Assembly (NCBI GenBank): GCA_963815455.1
Contig: CAWFGO010000001.1
Location: 128,001-192,000, forward strand
DNA: 64,000 nucleotides
Origin: an uncultured Verrucomicrobiae bacterium
GTDB lineage: Bacteria; Verrucomicrobiota; Verrucomicrobiia; Chthoniobacterales; UBA10450
Direction: 5' to 3'
The position numbers were made by a program, and so were the translations under genes. Position 1 is the first letter of the stretch, and every line of letters begins with the position of its first letter. Positions 49,207-62,337 of this stretch are shown here, piece by piece. The notes beneath the pieces were generated by a model that saw only the letters and a program-made list of their open reading frames with translations, searched no databases and was not told where the DNA came from.

Positions 49207-49805
49207 CTAGTAGTTCTTCGCTACGGCGTCCCAATTCACCACGTTCCACCAAGCCTTGATGTAGTCGGGTCGGCGATTTTGGTAATTGAGATAGTAAGCG
49301 TGCTCCCAGACATCGAGGCCGAGGATCGGGGTGTTGCCGTCCATCAGCGGACTGTCCTGGTTCGGAGTGGAGACCATTTCAAGCTTGCCGATTTGTTTTT
49401 GATCAACCAGGCCCAGCCGCTGCCGAAACGGCCGGCACCCGCGGCGGCGAACTTCTCCTTAAACGCGTCAAAGCTGCCAAAGGTGGATTTGATGTCGTCG
49501 GCGAGTTTGCCTTTCGGTTCGCCGCCGGCTTTCGGGCCCATGATTTTCCAAAAGAAGGAATGGTTGGCGTGACCGCCGCCGTTGTTGCGGACAACAGTGC
49601 GAATGTCTTCCGGGACCGCGTTCAGATTGCTGATCAAATCCTCGACCGATTTGCTTTCCAGATCGGGTTTGCCTTTGATCGCGTTGTTCACGTTGGTGAC
49701 GTAAGCTTGGTGATGCTTGGTGTGATGGATTTCCATCGTGCGCGCATCGATGTGCGGCTCCAGAGCATCGTAGGGATAAGGTAATTTCGGTAATTCGTAA
49801 GCCAT
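49207..49805 (-). CDS. sodA: Mn/Fe superoxide dismutase, frameshift near 49395
   Basis: [47 protein letters not shown] in the shifted frame. Confidence 0.93.
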
Positions 49806-49816
49806 AATATGTACTG

Positions 49817-51919
49817 TTAGATCGCTTTAGCGACGATAACAGGTTTTATTTTTTCTCGCGCGACGGACCTGTGGCATCGGCGTCCTGCCAGATGTGACAT
49901 GGTGCTCGGAAGCCCATGCGCACTTACGACGCAGCTGTAAAATCCGGGACGCGTGTTCAGGCCGTTCCTGTAATTCACGTAGGTCGCGAGCGCGAGGAGC
50001 GGGAAATTCTGCCGGTACATGTCGTATTTGAGATAGAACACCTTCGGAAATCCGGTGCCGGTGATTTGCGGCTCGTCCCATGAGCCGTCTGGCTTTTGCG
50101 AATTGAGCAGGAAACGCAAGTCCGCGCTGGATGCTCCGGCCGATCGAGATCGCCGCAGGCACAAATGCCCATCAGCGCCCAGGCCGTTTGCGACGCGGTG
50201 CTTTCGCCTTTGCCTTTCATCTGTGGATTGTCGTACGACGCGCAGGTTTCGCCCCAGCCGCCGTCATCGTTCTGACAACTCTCCAGCCAGTCGCGGCCGC
50301 GCAGAATCCAGTCTTGCGTCATGTCCTGGCCGATGGCGCGCAGGCCGCGCAGCACCTGCCATGTGCCATAAATATAATTGACGCCCCAACGCCCGTACCA
50401 GGAGCCGTCGTTTTCCTGCGTTTCGATCAGATATGCGAAGCGCGCGTTTCACCGCCGGATGCATTGCGGTCGAAACCGATGTAACCGAACAGCTCCAGCG
50501 TGCGCGCGGTCAGATCGCTGCAGGTCGGGTCGAGAATGGCGTTGTGGTCGGCGAATGGCATGTCTTCGAGCCAGGGCGTCGTGACGTCCTTGTCGAACGC
50601 TGCCCAGCCGCCGTCGCGGCATTGGAAACTGAGTTGCCACGGAAGGGCCCGCCCAAAAACCGCATCCAGCGACCGTTGCATCGTGCGGCCGGACGAGCCG
50701 CAGCGCCATGAGCACCATCGCGGTGTCGTCCGTGTCGGGATAGTAAACGTTGTTGTATTCGAAAGCCCAGCCGCTCGCTTCCGGATGCGAATTATTTTTC
50801 GCCCAGTCGCCGCGAATTCGGACCTCCTTTTCCAGCAGCCAATTCGCGGCCTTTTGCAGCGCCGGGTGCTCCGGCGGAAGGCCGGACTCGGCCAGCGCGA
50901 TCACGTTGATGGCAGTGTCCCAAACCGGCGACAGACAGGGCTGAATACGAAAATCTTCCGGATCATCGACAAATAGCCCGGCAAAATCCTTTCTCGCTTT
51001 TTCAAACAGCGGATGGTTCTTCGGCGTAACCGAGTGCGCGCAGGGCGATCAATCGAATTGAGCATCGCCGGAAAAACGGTGGCCAGCCCGTCGCTTCCCT
51101 CGCCGATCCGCTCGACCATCCAGCGTTCGGCTTCTTCCAGCGCGACCCGGCGCAGTGGGCATACCAGCAGACCGCCGATAAACTTGAGGACATCGTCGGC
51201 TCGCAGGAAAAAATTTCGCCAAGTAAAAAAGCGCGCATCGCGTGGCAGGGTGAAATCTTCGTGCTCGGTGCCGAGCGGATAAAGCTCGTGCAGATGCTTT
51301 GAGGCCAGGCAAATGCCGCGTCGGTTTGAAATGATTGATGATCGCCAGCGGCACGAGCATGGCCCGGCTCCAGGAGGACATCTTGTAAATGTGAAACGGC
51401 GCCCAGGTCGGGCAGCAGGATCATTTCCACCGGAATCGTCGGCAGATAGTTCCAGGGAAACTGGCCCAGCAACGCGAGATAAAGTTTACTGAACGTGTTC
51501 AGGCGCGGGATGCCGCCGAGGCGCAGAATATTCGCGCGCGCTTCCTGCATGAACGGCAAATCGGCGGAATAACCGGCCAGCTTGAGCGCGAAATAGCGCT
51601 TTGACCGATGCGTTAATCTCGCTCGGGCCGCCGTGATAAATGTTCCAGCCGCCGTCCGGCAGCTGGCGTTTCAAGATGTGGCGGACACAGCGCTGCTGCA
51701 TTTGCTCGTCCACTTCGCCGGCCCAATGCATGAACAACACGAAGTCGGAGCAAAGCGTGCTATCCACGATCAGCTCGCCGCACCAGTGGCCGTCGGGCCG
51801 CTGTTGACGCAAAAGATTTTCCTGCGCCCGCGCGATCGCCTGCAAAATCTCCTCGCGCCGTCAGCGGATGTACGGCGCGCTGCGGCGCGCGGGCAGGTTG
51901 CGCTGGAGTCATGAGTCAT
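49817..51919 (-). CDS. shc: Squalene-hopene cyclase, broken by many frameshifts; both ends approximate
   Basis: QW repeats ([30 protein letters not shown]), YPDTDDTA catalytic motif, [11 protein letters not shown]. Confidence 0.9.
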
Positions 51920-51959
51920 ATTACGGTTGCGTCAGCCGAGCTGGCGCCATGCGTCGATC

Positions 51960-53272
51960 TTACGATGCCTGCGCCGCATTCGTCGGCTCGGCGCGTTTGC
52001 CGGTAAGATGGCCGTTTCCGATGGTCACGCCGTTAAACGCGACCGTCTCGCTTCCTCTTCCGGTCGGTTTCGGTTTCGCCCCGAAATTGAATTTGATCGT
52101 TTTCCAGGTATCGCCGCGCTGGGCTTGCAGGCCGAGGCTGGCGGTCGGCTCGTAGCCGCAGTGCACCATGCAATTTTCGCAACGCGGATCGCGGGCCACG
52201 CCGTCCACGACGCCGTATTTGTCCCACTCCACTTTCTCGAGCAATTCTGCGTAGCTCGAATAATGGGCGTCGGTCATGAGATAGCAGGGGCCTTTCCAGC
52301 CGCGAATGTTGCGGGTCGGAATCGCCCAAGCGGAGCAGGTCAAATCGCGTTTGCCGGCGAGAAATTCGAAATAGATCGGCGTCCCGAGAAAGGTATACCG
52401 CTTCATCCAATCCTCGATCTTCCGGAACTTCTCGACCGTCATCTTGCGGGTGAGGAAGAAATTCTCCGGGCTGCAAATTGAGCCGCTTGATCATGTCCTT
52501 CTTGGCGGCGTCGTATTCGTAGCCGGGCGAGATGGTGTGGCCATCCACGCCGAGATCGGAGAGATAATCGAACATCTGCTCGACCTCCTGCATGTCGGTT
52601 TCCTTATAAATGGTCGTGTTCGTCGCGACTTGATAGCCGAGAATTTTCGCCATCTTGATGGCGAGAATGCATTCCTTGAACACGCCTTCACGCTCGACGA
52701 TGAGATCGTGGATCCGCTCCAAGCCCGTCGAGGTGCACGTTCCAATACATCCATTTGCTCGGCCCGATCGTTGCCTTCGCCGGATCTTTCGGTCCCTTGC
52801 GAATTTCGGCGGCGTCTTTTTCAGAAATCAGACCCTTGGCGAGCAGGATGTCGATCTTCTCCTGCCAAGCTTTCCCGATTCCCGTTTTGCGCGTTCGCCC
52901 AAGTTCCGCCGCCAGCCATTCCCGCATTTTCTTGCGCATGAACATGGCGTTCGTGCAGATGTAAACGATCCGGCCCTGGTCGAGCAGCCCGTCCACGAGC
53001 GCTTCGATGTGCGGATAAATCAGCGGTTCGCCGCCGCAAATGGAAACCATCGGCGCGTTGCACTCCTTTGCCGCGCCCAGACAATCTTCCAGGCTCATCA
53101 TGTCCTTGAGCGAAGTCGAGTATTCGCGGATCCGTCCGCAGCCGGTGCAGGTGAGGTTGCAGGTGTGCAGTGGCTCGAGCTGCAGCACGGTGGCGAACTT
53201 CTTCGTGCCGCGGAGTTTATGGCCGATCATGTAGGCGGCGATCTTCGTGGTCAATGGGAGGGGAAATCTCAT
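51960..53272 (-). CDS. hpnH: Hopanoid radical SAM protein HpnH (adenosylhopane synthesis), two frameshifts
   Basis: LEPLHTCNLTCTGCG, ICGGEPL, VHLDG, CENCMVHCGYEPTA; adjacent to shc. Confidence 0.9.
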
Positions 53273-53282
53273 AGAAGCGAGG

Positions 53283-53310
53283 ATAGTAACAAGGCTCGCC
53301 AGTGTGTCAA
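53283..53310 (-). promoter_or_regulatory. Sigma70-type promoter of hpnH-shc (very short leader)
   Basis: TTGACA-N16-TACTAT on the minus strand, 10 nt before the ATG. Confidence 0.6.
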
Positions 53311-53475
53311 TAGAGGCGGATCGACGCCCAATTTGCAGGTACTTCGGCTGCGGCAACCGGTATGGATGCTTTCCATGTTTTTGGCGGCAAATTATCGTGC
53401 GCGACTGCGATTAGGTTTCATGGTTAAATAGGTCATAACCGAGGAAACCTCGGCAGACGAAACCAAGGACAAGAT

Positions 53476-53853
53476 ATGAAACAACTATTGGCATTACTAT
53501 TCGCCGGCGGCCTCATTGGCTGCGAAGAGCAGTCTCAACCGATCATGACCGGTGGGCCCAATTATCCCTATGCCGCTTATTCCACGCGGGCTGAGGTGAC
53601 CTATCCAACGAACACCGTTTACGCGAGCTGGAGCACTGCAGCTTTACAAAAAAAGCGTCTCGACCTCTACGCAATGCTGCCGCAAACCCAGACCCGAAAC
53701 CAGGTGCCGGTATACATCACGTCTGGACCGCAGCTGCCGCAGCAGGATGAGATCCGGAAGATCGAAGCCGAGCTGAACAAACGCTACAAAGCGGGCGACA
53801 AAACGGCGGAACTAAAAGAGTGGTGGCCAAGAAGCCGCCGGCACATTAGCTAG
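53476..53853 (+). CDS. Hypothetical lipoprotein
   Basis: Lipobox LIGC after a hydrophobic signal; AAGGA RBS upstream. Confidence 0.7.
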   Translation: MKQLLALLFAGGLIGCEEQSQPIMTGGPNYPYAAYSTRAEVTYPTNTVYASWSTAALQKKRLDLYAMLPQTQTRNQVPVYITSGPQLPQQDEIRKIEAELNKRYKAGDKTAELKEWWPRSRRHIS

Positions 53854-53989
53854 CATCGACAGCCGTCGAGGAATTGGTCCTAGAGGACAATCCGCGGTGC
53901 CTGCCACGCCATTGTCAGACAGTGCCGCGGGATCCTTCGACTTCGCTTCGCTCTGCTCAGGATGACAGCGCCCACTGGTGATTTGTGTT

Positions 53990-54562
53990 TCACGTGCCCT
54001 GCCAGCCGCGCCGGATCAGGCTGATGGCGATGGCGGCGAGCAGGAGCGCAATGATTTTCGACACGCCGCGCAGACCCTGCCGGCCCATCAAGCGCGAGAA
54101 CCGATCGGCATTGCAAAGGGCAACCGCGACCAGGGCGAGATTCACGATGAGCGATACCAGGGTGTAAACGAGCCCGACGCTGTCCACCAAAATCAATAAC
54201 GCCGTCAGCAGCGCCGGCCCGGCGATTAACGGCATCCCAAGCGGTACGACGCCGAATTCGTCGCTGCCCCCGCGATCCTGCGGCCCGATCCCGACCAGCT
54301 CGCGCACGGCCAGAAGAAGCAGAATCAAACCGCCCGCCACTTGAAAATCGGCCACGGTAATTCCCAGTGCGGCGAAAATAATTTTGCCGAGAAAAATAAA
54401 ACCGACCGCGACGCACAGGGCGGTCAAAATCCCGAGAAATGCCTGGTGTTTGCGATGTTCGCGGGAAGCGTCGGTGCCCAGGCCCATGAAAATGGCCACC
54501 AAGCCGATTGGATCGACCGCGACAAAAATCGGAATGAAAGCGAGGAAAAACTTGTCGATCAT
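53990..54562 (-). CDS. MarC family membrane protein
   Basis: FVAVDPIG, FQVAGGLILLL, VVPLGMPLIAGP. Confidence 0.92.
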   Translation of the reverse strand: MIDKFFLAFIPIFVAVDPIGLVAIFMGLGTDASREHRKHQAFLGILTALCVAVGFIFLGKIIFAALGITVADFQVAGGLILLLLAVRELVGIGPQDRGGSDEFGVVPLGMPLIAGPALLTALLILVDSVGLVYTLVSLIVNLALVAVALCNADRFSRLMGRQGLRGVSKIIALLLAAIAISLIRRGWQGT

Positions 54563-54747
54563 GTCGGCTCCAGCTTGTTGATCGCGCCAGCCTGAGTCGA
54601 GACATCTCTGCGTTTTCAACATTCGTCGGCTCGACAGAGTCTCGCCCTACCAGCCGTCATGTCGAGCGGAGTCGAGACATCCCGTCGCCAGTTCTTCAGC
54701 GGGATTCCTCGACTTCCCTCGGAATGACGTAAATTCACGCGCTTCGC

Positions 54748-56866
54748 ATGAAGAATCTCGCACTCTTTCTCGGTTCTCTGCTTTTCGTTGTCGATGTTCT
54801 GGGCGCGGAACTGAGGAAGATCGACGACTTCCAATCTGCTGCGGCAAAAGCCGATCGCGCCTTGGCGATTCCAGATTGGGAACAAACGCCGGAGGCAATC
54901 ACGAATGCCATGAAAGACGCGATCGCGAAGGCGAATGCCGCCTTGGATCGAATCGGAAAACAAGATCCGGCCAAACTCACATTCGAAAACACGGTCGGCG
55001 CGCTGGAAGAGTTGCGGGCGGAAACAGCCGCGGTAACCAATCGCGCGGGACTGATCAGCCAAACAAATCCCGACGAAGCGATGCGTGCCGCCGCTGAAAG
55101 CGCGATGCAATCGTTTCAGGAATGGAATGTCGGCATTGATTATCGCGACGACGTTTACAACGCGATCAAAGCGGTCGCGGCAGAAAAGCCGAGGCTCATC
55201 GGTGAAGATGAAAAACTAATGCGCGAGACATTGCGGGATTATCACCGGGCCGGAATGGATCTGGCACCGGATCAGAGAAAAGAAATTCAGAGCTGGCGAA
55301 GAGAGCTTTCAAAACTCGCGACTGAATTCGGCAGCAATCTTTTTGCGGCAAAAGCGCCCGTAATTTTGACCAAGGCGGAATTTGACGGTCTTCCCAACGA
55401 TTTCTTTTCATCGCCGGGAATCAAGATCGACAACGATCGTTACCAGGTGATGGCAAACGCGATGTGGCAATACAATTCCGTCGAAGACAATGCGCGCGAC
55501 GAGAACACGCGCAAAAAGCTCTACGTTGCTCACGACTCGCTGGCGAAGGAAAAGAACGTTCCGGTGATCAATCGAATGCTGACGCTGCGCAACAAGATTG
55601 CGTTGCGTCTCGGTTACAAGTCGTGGGCGGATTACCAGGCCGAAGTGCGAATGGCAAAAACCGCCGATACTGCCCGGCATTACATCGACAATCTTGCGAG
55701 CGGAATCGACCCGAAATTTCAAAAGGAGCTGCACGAATTGCAGCGGTTGAAAGCAGCCGATACGCACAATCCCGCCGCGAAGATCGACATCTGGGATTGG
55801 CGTTATTACACAAACCAGCTCAACAAGGAAAAATTCAATGTCGATAAGGAATCGCTCCGCATTTTTTTCCCGTTTCAGCAAACCCTGGATGGCATGTTCG
55901 CAATTTTCGCGCGCGTTTTCGGAATTCGGTTCGATCAAATCGATGCCCCCCGGAACTGGACCGACGATCTCCGGCTCTACGTCGTTTCCGATCAGGCCAC
56001 CAATGCGCCGCTTGGCCTTCTCTATCTCGATCTTTTTCCACGCGACGGAAAAACGGCTGGTGGCGGCGAATCTGAAATTGTTAACGGGAGACGTTTGCCG
56101 GATGGAAAATATCAGGCGCCGGTCGCCGCGATCGTGCTCAGTTTTCCGCCCGCGCATGATGGCAAGCCCTCTTTACTCAGCCATTCGGAAGCCGAAATTT
56201 TGTTTCATGAGCTCGGCCACGCGCTGCACTGCATTTTAACTCGGGCGAAATACAGCCGATTCGCCGGGACGAATGTGCCTGTCGATTTTGTGGAAGCGCC
56301 CTCGCAGATGCTCCAGAACTGGATTTGGGATAAGAAAGTTCTCGATACGTTTGCGGCCGATTATCGCGATTCATCGAAGAAGATCCCGGCAGAAACAATC
56401 GAGAAGCTTAATGACGCGAAGCTGGCCACGGCGGGCATTTTTTATCGCCGTCAATTTGCCTTCGCTTTGATGGATCTTGCCTCTGCACGGGCCGCATCCG
56501 CCGGATGAACCGTACGATTGCCTCGCAATTTCAAATCCAGTGCTTGCGCGCGTTTTTCTGCCGATCGATCCACAAACAAGTTTCATCACCAGCTTTCGCG
56601 GTTTCGACGGCTATGACGCCGGTTATTATGGATACGCCTGGTCGGACGCGATCGCCGCGGACATGGCGACCGTTTTTGAAAAGTCGCCCGGCGGTTATAT
56701 CGACAGTGAGGCCGGCGCGAGATTACGTCATGAGATCTACGAACAAGGAAGCTCACGCGACGTTTCGCTGTCGATCGAGAAGTTTCTCGGCCGCAAACAA
56801 TCCGTCGAGCCGTTCCTGAAAAAGATCGGCATCGACGGCTCGACCGAGTCTCGCCCCACCAATTAA
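54748..56866 (+). CDS. M3 family metallopeptidase (thimet oligopeptidase-like), frameshift near 56480
   Basis: LFHELGHALH, DFVEAPSQMLQNW, YDAGYYGYAWS; signal peptide. Confidence 0.92.
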
Positions 56867-56878
56867 TTCGGCTTTATC

Positions 56879-56920
56879 ATGAAGAATTTGCTGGATGTTT
56901 TCGGCGCTTTGTCCTACATC
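56879..56920 (+). promoter_or_regulatory. 42-bp motif repeated at 62650-62691 (contains GATGT-N17-ACATC)
   Basis: atgaagaatttgctggatgtttt-N6-tttgtcctacatc in both places, each just upstream of a gene. Confidence 0.75.
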
Positions 56921-56949
56921 GGCCGAAGACGGTGCACTAGCGCTCGCGT

Positions 56950-59338
56950 ATGACTGAAGACGGCGGTCGCGATTCTTACCTGGAGATCGCGCATGTCCTG
57001 TTCATCGACATCGTCGGTTACTCCAAGCTGTTGACCAACGAGCAACGCGAACGGCAGCAGGAGCTGAATCGGATCGTGCGCGAGACGGAGCATTTTCGAG
57101 CCGCCGAGGCGGCTGGCAAGCTGGTTCGCATTCCGACAGGCGACGGCATGGTGCTGGCGTTTTTCACCAGCCCGGATGCGCCAGTCCGCTGCGCGGTGGC
57201 GGTTAGCCGGGCGCTGCGTGGCAAGACGCACTTGCCTTTGCGTATGGGAATCCATAGCGGACCGGTCGACCTGGTTGAGGATGTCAACGACAAGCAAAAC
57301 CTGGCGGGGGCGGGCGTAAACATTGCCCAACGGGTGATGAACTGCGGCGACGCCGGGCATATTCTTCTCTCGGCGCGCGCCGCCGATGACCTCGCGCAAT
57401 ACGCGGAGTGGAAGGCGCAATTGCACGATATCGGCGAAGCAGAGGTGAAACACGGCGCCAAGGTGCGTGTGTTCAGCCTCTACCATGACGGTGTCGGCAA
57501 TCGCCGGCTGCCGCAGAAGCTACACCGCCAGCGACTCGTTAGGCAACGACGCATTTACCTGGCCACGGCATCGGGGGCGATCCTGCTGGTGATCCTCTCC
57601 GTGGGAACCTGGGGTTGGCAACGCCACGCCAGATCCGTTGAGAAGGCAAAGGTGGAAGCAGCGGCCAGGCGCGAAAAAAGTGTTGCCGTTCTTCCCTTTG
57701 AGAGCCTGAGCAAGGACGAGCAGAACACCGTTTTTGCCGAAGGCGTGCACCGCGAAGTGCTTTCGAATCTGGCCAAGGTGGCGGATCTCAAAGTGATCAG
57801 CCGGACCAGCGTGATGCATTACAAGCCGGGAACGGATCGTAACCTAAAGCAGATCGCGGACGAATTAAGCGTTAACTATGTGGTTGAAGGCAGCGTCCAA
57901 CGTGAAGCAAATCACATTCACGTCACGGTGGAACTGATCGACGCCAGGACGGACACGCAGGCCTGGGCGGAGAATTATGACGGCAATCTCTCGGAGGTGC
58001 TTTCGTTTCAAAGCGAAATCGCCCAGCGCATCAGTAATCAGTTAGGTGCCAAGCTCTCGCCGCGGGAAAGTACCGAGCTGGCCAGCCGGCCGACGCAGGA
58101 CCTCGCTGCGTTCGAGAGTTACATCCAGGCGCGCACTTTGATGGAAACTCCGGATCTAGAGGACGACAACCAGAAGTTCGTCGAGGACAACACCCGGGCG
58201 GTCCAGCTGCTGGAGCAGGCGGCGGCGCGGGATCCGAAGTTTGCCGGCGCGTATTGGGCCCTGACGGAGGCGAACATTCAGCTTTACCGCTCGACCGGAG
58301 CGGCGAATCCCGAATATCGCGCCCGCGCCGAAGCGCGCTTTGAAAGAAGCGCAACGTCTTGCCCCGGAAGCCGGTGAAACCTACCATGCTCAATCGCGTG
58401 TAACCTACTATGGTTACCACGATTTTACGCGCGCCCTGGCCAGCCTGGAGCAGGCCGCGAAGTCTTTGCCTAACAATGCCGACGTCACTTTGACGCGCGC
58501 ACTTCTCTATCGGCGCTTCGGCCGCTGGCAAGAAGCGTACGCGCTATTCGTTCGAGTCAGCGAACTCAATCCACGGGATCTTAGCGCCTACATCATGGCC
58601 GGCCACGCCGCCTTTTCCCTGCGCTGGTGGAGCGAGCTAGATCAAAACGTCGAGCGTTTGATAAAACACTTTCCGCGCCGGAGTCGGATCGCCCGAATTG
58701 AGCACGCGGCCACGCTGAGGATGCGAGGAGATGTGGCCGCGGGTAATAAGCAACTGGAAAGCCTGAACCTGCAAATGCCATCGGAGTTCACCCCCTCGTT
58801 TTATATTAACTTTTGGAAACGCGATTACGAAGAATGCCGCAGGCTGCTGGATCAACTGGCTAAATTTCCCGAGTTCGAGGACGAGCGATGGGACAAGGAG
58901 GTTCAGCTTGTCTTCGTTACCAAGGCTCCATTTGACGAGCAGGCTGCCCGCGTCGCGGAGAAGAAACTGGAGGAGCGCCTTCGACAGCCCATCAACCGCG
59001 AGGTAGAAGGGGACCTGAAGATCACGCTAAGCAACGTGAAAATGATCCTTGGAAAAAAAGACGAAGCAGTCCGGATTTCCGAGGAGTCGGTGAAACAGCA
59101 TCCGATATCCGAAGATGCGCTGGCCAATACTGAGCGCCTGCACCGCCTGGCCTATATGTATGTCTACGCGGGCGAACGTGAGCGCGCCTTGCAAACCTTT
59201 GCCCAACTCGTGCAAATCCCGGGGACAGGGGAGAACTACGGGACCCTGAAGTACAACCCAGTCCTGGACGAGCTGCGTAGGGATCCACGCTTCGACGAAA
59301 TCCTGAAGCAGTCGCAAAAGCCGTTTCCGCGATTGTAG
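56950..59338 (+). CDS. Class III nucleotide cyclase-like domain + TM + TolB-like + TPR protein, frameshift near 58340
   Basis: HVLFIDIVGYS, TGDGM, RMGIHSGPV, NIAQRVM; KSVAVLPFE; TPR region ending LRRDPRF. Confidence 0.88.
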
Positions 59339-59451
59339 GTGTTCGCCGCCGGCAACTTATTTTGTTTGATAGGGCGAGAGTAACCTGTCATCTGTTCTTG
59401 CAGTAAACCGAACGGATCGATATTAGCCAAAGCGAAACCCGGCAATCGTGG

Positions 59452-62337
59452 GTGGGCGCGGCAAGGGGGGCCGCGCTAGGAATTGCGCTCCTCTTTCAAG
59501 CCGACGCACTGGCTCAGGAACCAGCGTTGCCGCCAAGCCTGGCCGAATCAAGCGCCTTGCCTGAGGCTGAAGTCGGCCGCGTGATCGTCACCGGCTCGAA
59601 TATTCCGACTGCGGAAGAGGTTGGCCCAAACCCGGTCGATACGTATCGGCCAGAAGACATCCAGAAACTCGGTGTCCGCACCGCCACAGATCTAACTCAG
59701 AAATTGCCGGCGGTGACCGGATTTGCCACTAACGAAAATATCGGCAACCCTGGCGACGGTCGGACGGAAGTCAACCTCCGCGGGCTTTTTCCGAAAGAGA
59801 CCCTGGTTCTGGTTGACGGGAGGCGCGTGGCCCCGGTCGGCTTGGCCATGGGCGCCTCGGTGGACATAAATCTGATTCCATTCCCGCTTGTCGATCATAT
59901 CGACATTTTGAAAGATGGCGCCTCGGCCATTTATGGATCGGACGCTGTCGGCGGGGTAGTTAATTTTATTCTGAACCATAAATTCCGCGGACTCGAAATC
60001 GAAGCTAGCTACGGGAACACCAATCTCGGCGCCTCCAACGACGCGGGCGAGCGGGAAGGTTATCTTTTAGCCGGCACCGGCGATGACAAAATGGACATCG
60101 TTGTGTTTGCGCAGGTCTATGATCGGGCCGCCATCTTCAGCCGCGACCGCGACATTTCCAGCACGGCAGATTATTCAAGATTTGGAGGAGGTGATAATCG
60201 CAGCCCCTTCTACCCCGGTCGTGTTGCTTTCCCTCCCTTCGGCCGCTTTGTCCTTCGACCCGGCTTAGACACGCCGACTCCGCATTCGGCGCCGAATCCG
60301 GCGGCATCATCTGAATACATCCCGGTGGGGTCCGCTCCATACGACTTCCAGGCATTCGACTATGCCGCGCTTACGTCGGCGATTTCCGAAGCGGATCGCC
60401 AGTACTATTACGGTTCAATCTCGCGCGATCTCTGCGACAAGTACCTGACCGTATTCGCCGACTTCAAAGTTGTTCGTTCATTTTTTAGCTCGGTACTGGC
60501 GCCAGTGCCCTTCCAGCCGGACCCATTCAAGCAGGCTGACGGTGTCACTGCGGTAAGTCCCTTTGGCATCAGTGTGCCGCTGAGCAATCCGTTTAATCCA
60601 TTCACAACGCCCACTGGCACTCTGCCCGACGGCACGCCGGTGTTTTCGTTCGTTGGTTACCGTGAACTCGGCGTCGGCGCGCGCACTTTTAAGCAAACGA
60701 CCAAGGATTATCTGTTTGACGGCGGGCTGCGCGGCAACCTGGGCGAGTTTGGGGATTACTTCAAAACGTGGAATTACGAACTTAGTTTCCGTTATAATGC
60801 AAACGATCGCCTCGTCGCTCGGCAGTGGCATCGCGAGTAAATCGGCGCTACGTGAGGCGCTGCTCGATACCAATCCGGCAACCGCATTTAATCCGTTTGG
60901 CCGCGACGCTAACACACAGGCGGCAATCAACAGAGTGCTTGTTACCCTTCAACACTCGGCGTCGCGACGCTGAGCGATGAACTGGGCTCGTTTTATGGAG
61001 ATCTGATAAAACTGCCGGCGGGCCCGCTTTCCTTCGCCTTAGGGTCGGAGCATCGGAAAGAGACCGTCAGTGATTTTCCAGACTCGCTTAACACCACCTT
61101 CAGTACGATAGGGGCGACCGATCTTGAAGCTACCCGGGCGAGCCGAGACGCCTGGTCTTGCTTTGGAGAGCTGCGCATTCCGGTCACCAGCCCGAGCTGG
61201 AATCTCCCTGGCCTTTACAGTCTCGAATTTCAAGTGGCACAGCGGATCGAGTTTTTTAGCGACTTCGGCATTACCGAAAGACCGAAGTTCTCGGTCCGTT
61301 ACCAACCATTCGACTCAAGCCTGACTCTTCGGGGAGACTATACCGAGGCCTTTCACGCTCCGAATCTGTCGGATATATCGCCCTCCGCCGCAGAGAGTTT
61401 CTTCGATGTAATCGATCCGAAATTCGGCGAGGAAGCGTTCGGGCGCGAGCTTCTTGGCGGGCAGCCTAACCTGAGGCCGGAGGTAGCCTACGGCTGGAGC
61501 TATGGCGCCGTCTGGAGTCCAAAGTTTGTGAAAGGGCTGACGCTGAGCGCGGATTTTTATCACATTGATCTCAGAGATCGTACCAATTTCATTCAGGAGC
61601 AATTTATCGTGGACAAGAATTTTGAGAGCAACGGGAGAAGATTCCCCGGCCAGGTGGTGCGCGACCCGGTCACCGGTCAAATCATCTTGATTAGAGATTT
61701 GACGCAAAACATCTCCCGGACAATCACGGAAGGAATCGATTACGAGGCAATCTACGCGCTCGACACAAACATCTTTGGCGGAACTGGTTTTGGCACTTTC
61801 ACCTTCACATTGAATGGAACTTATCTGTCGCGTTATGTTGCCGCCATCAATGTTGGTGACAAAGAGCTTGAATACTCAAACGAGCAGACCGGGTTTGCCG
61901 GATATCTGCCTCATCATCGAATCTATGCCAGCCTCTTTTATGATATCGGTGGGCTGGACGCCGGGGCCACAGTGCATTATGTCGGCCAGGGCAGTGAAGA
62001 ATTTCGCAAGGTCCGGGAGTGGACAACGGTGGACGCCATTGTCTCCTACACCTTCAAGCTCGCTGCGCCGGTAGCAGAAAACCAGATAGCAGGTGCAGCC
62101 AAGGATGGCGGCAAAACCGGTGGTGGCGACAAGAAAGTGATTCCTGTTTCGACTGCGGAATATGAGCCATGCGGCTGGAGAACCTGGTTGAACGGCACAA
62201 CGATCACCGCCGGGATGATTAATATTTTCGATCTCGACCCACCGTTCACCTCCGGCACGCTCGAAAACGGCCACGACGAGTCCAGCTTCAACATCAAAGG
62301 ACGATTCTGGTACCTGTCGCTGAAAAAGCGCTTCTAA
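59452..62337 (+). CDS. TonB-dependent receptor, two compensating frameshifts (about 60815 and 60960); start uncertain
   Basis: VIVTGSNIP, VNLRG, LVLVDGRR, ILKDGASAIYGSDAVGGVVNFI; C-terminal GRFWYLSLKKRF. Confidence 0.9.

Noticed and set aside
49817..53272. shc and hpnH as pseudogenes
   Set aside because: Catalytic motifs are intact in the pieces and neighbouring sod has the same type of break; this cannot be called decay without accurate reads.
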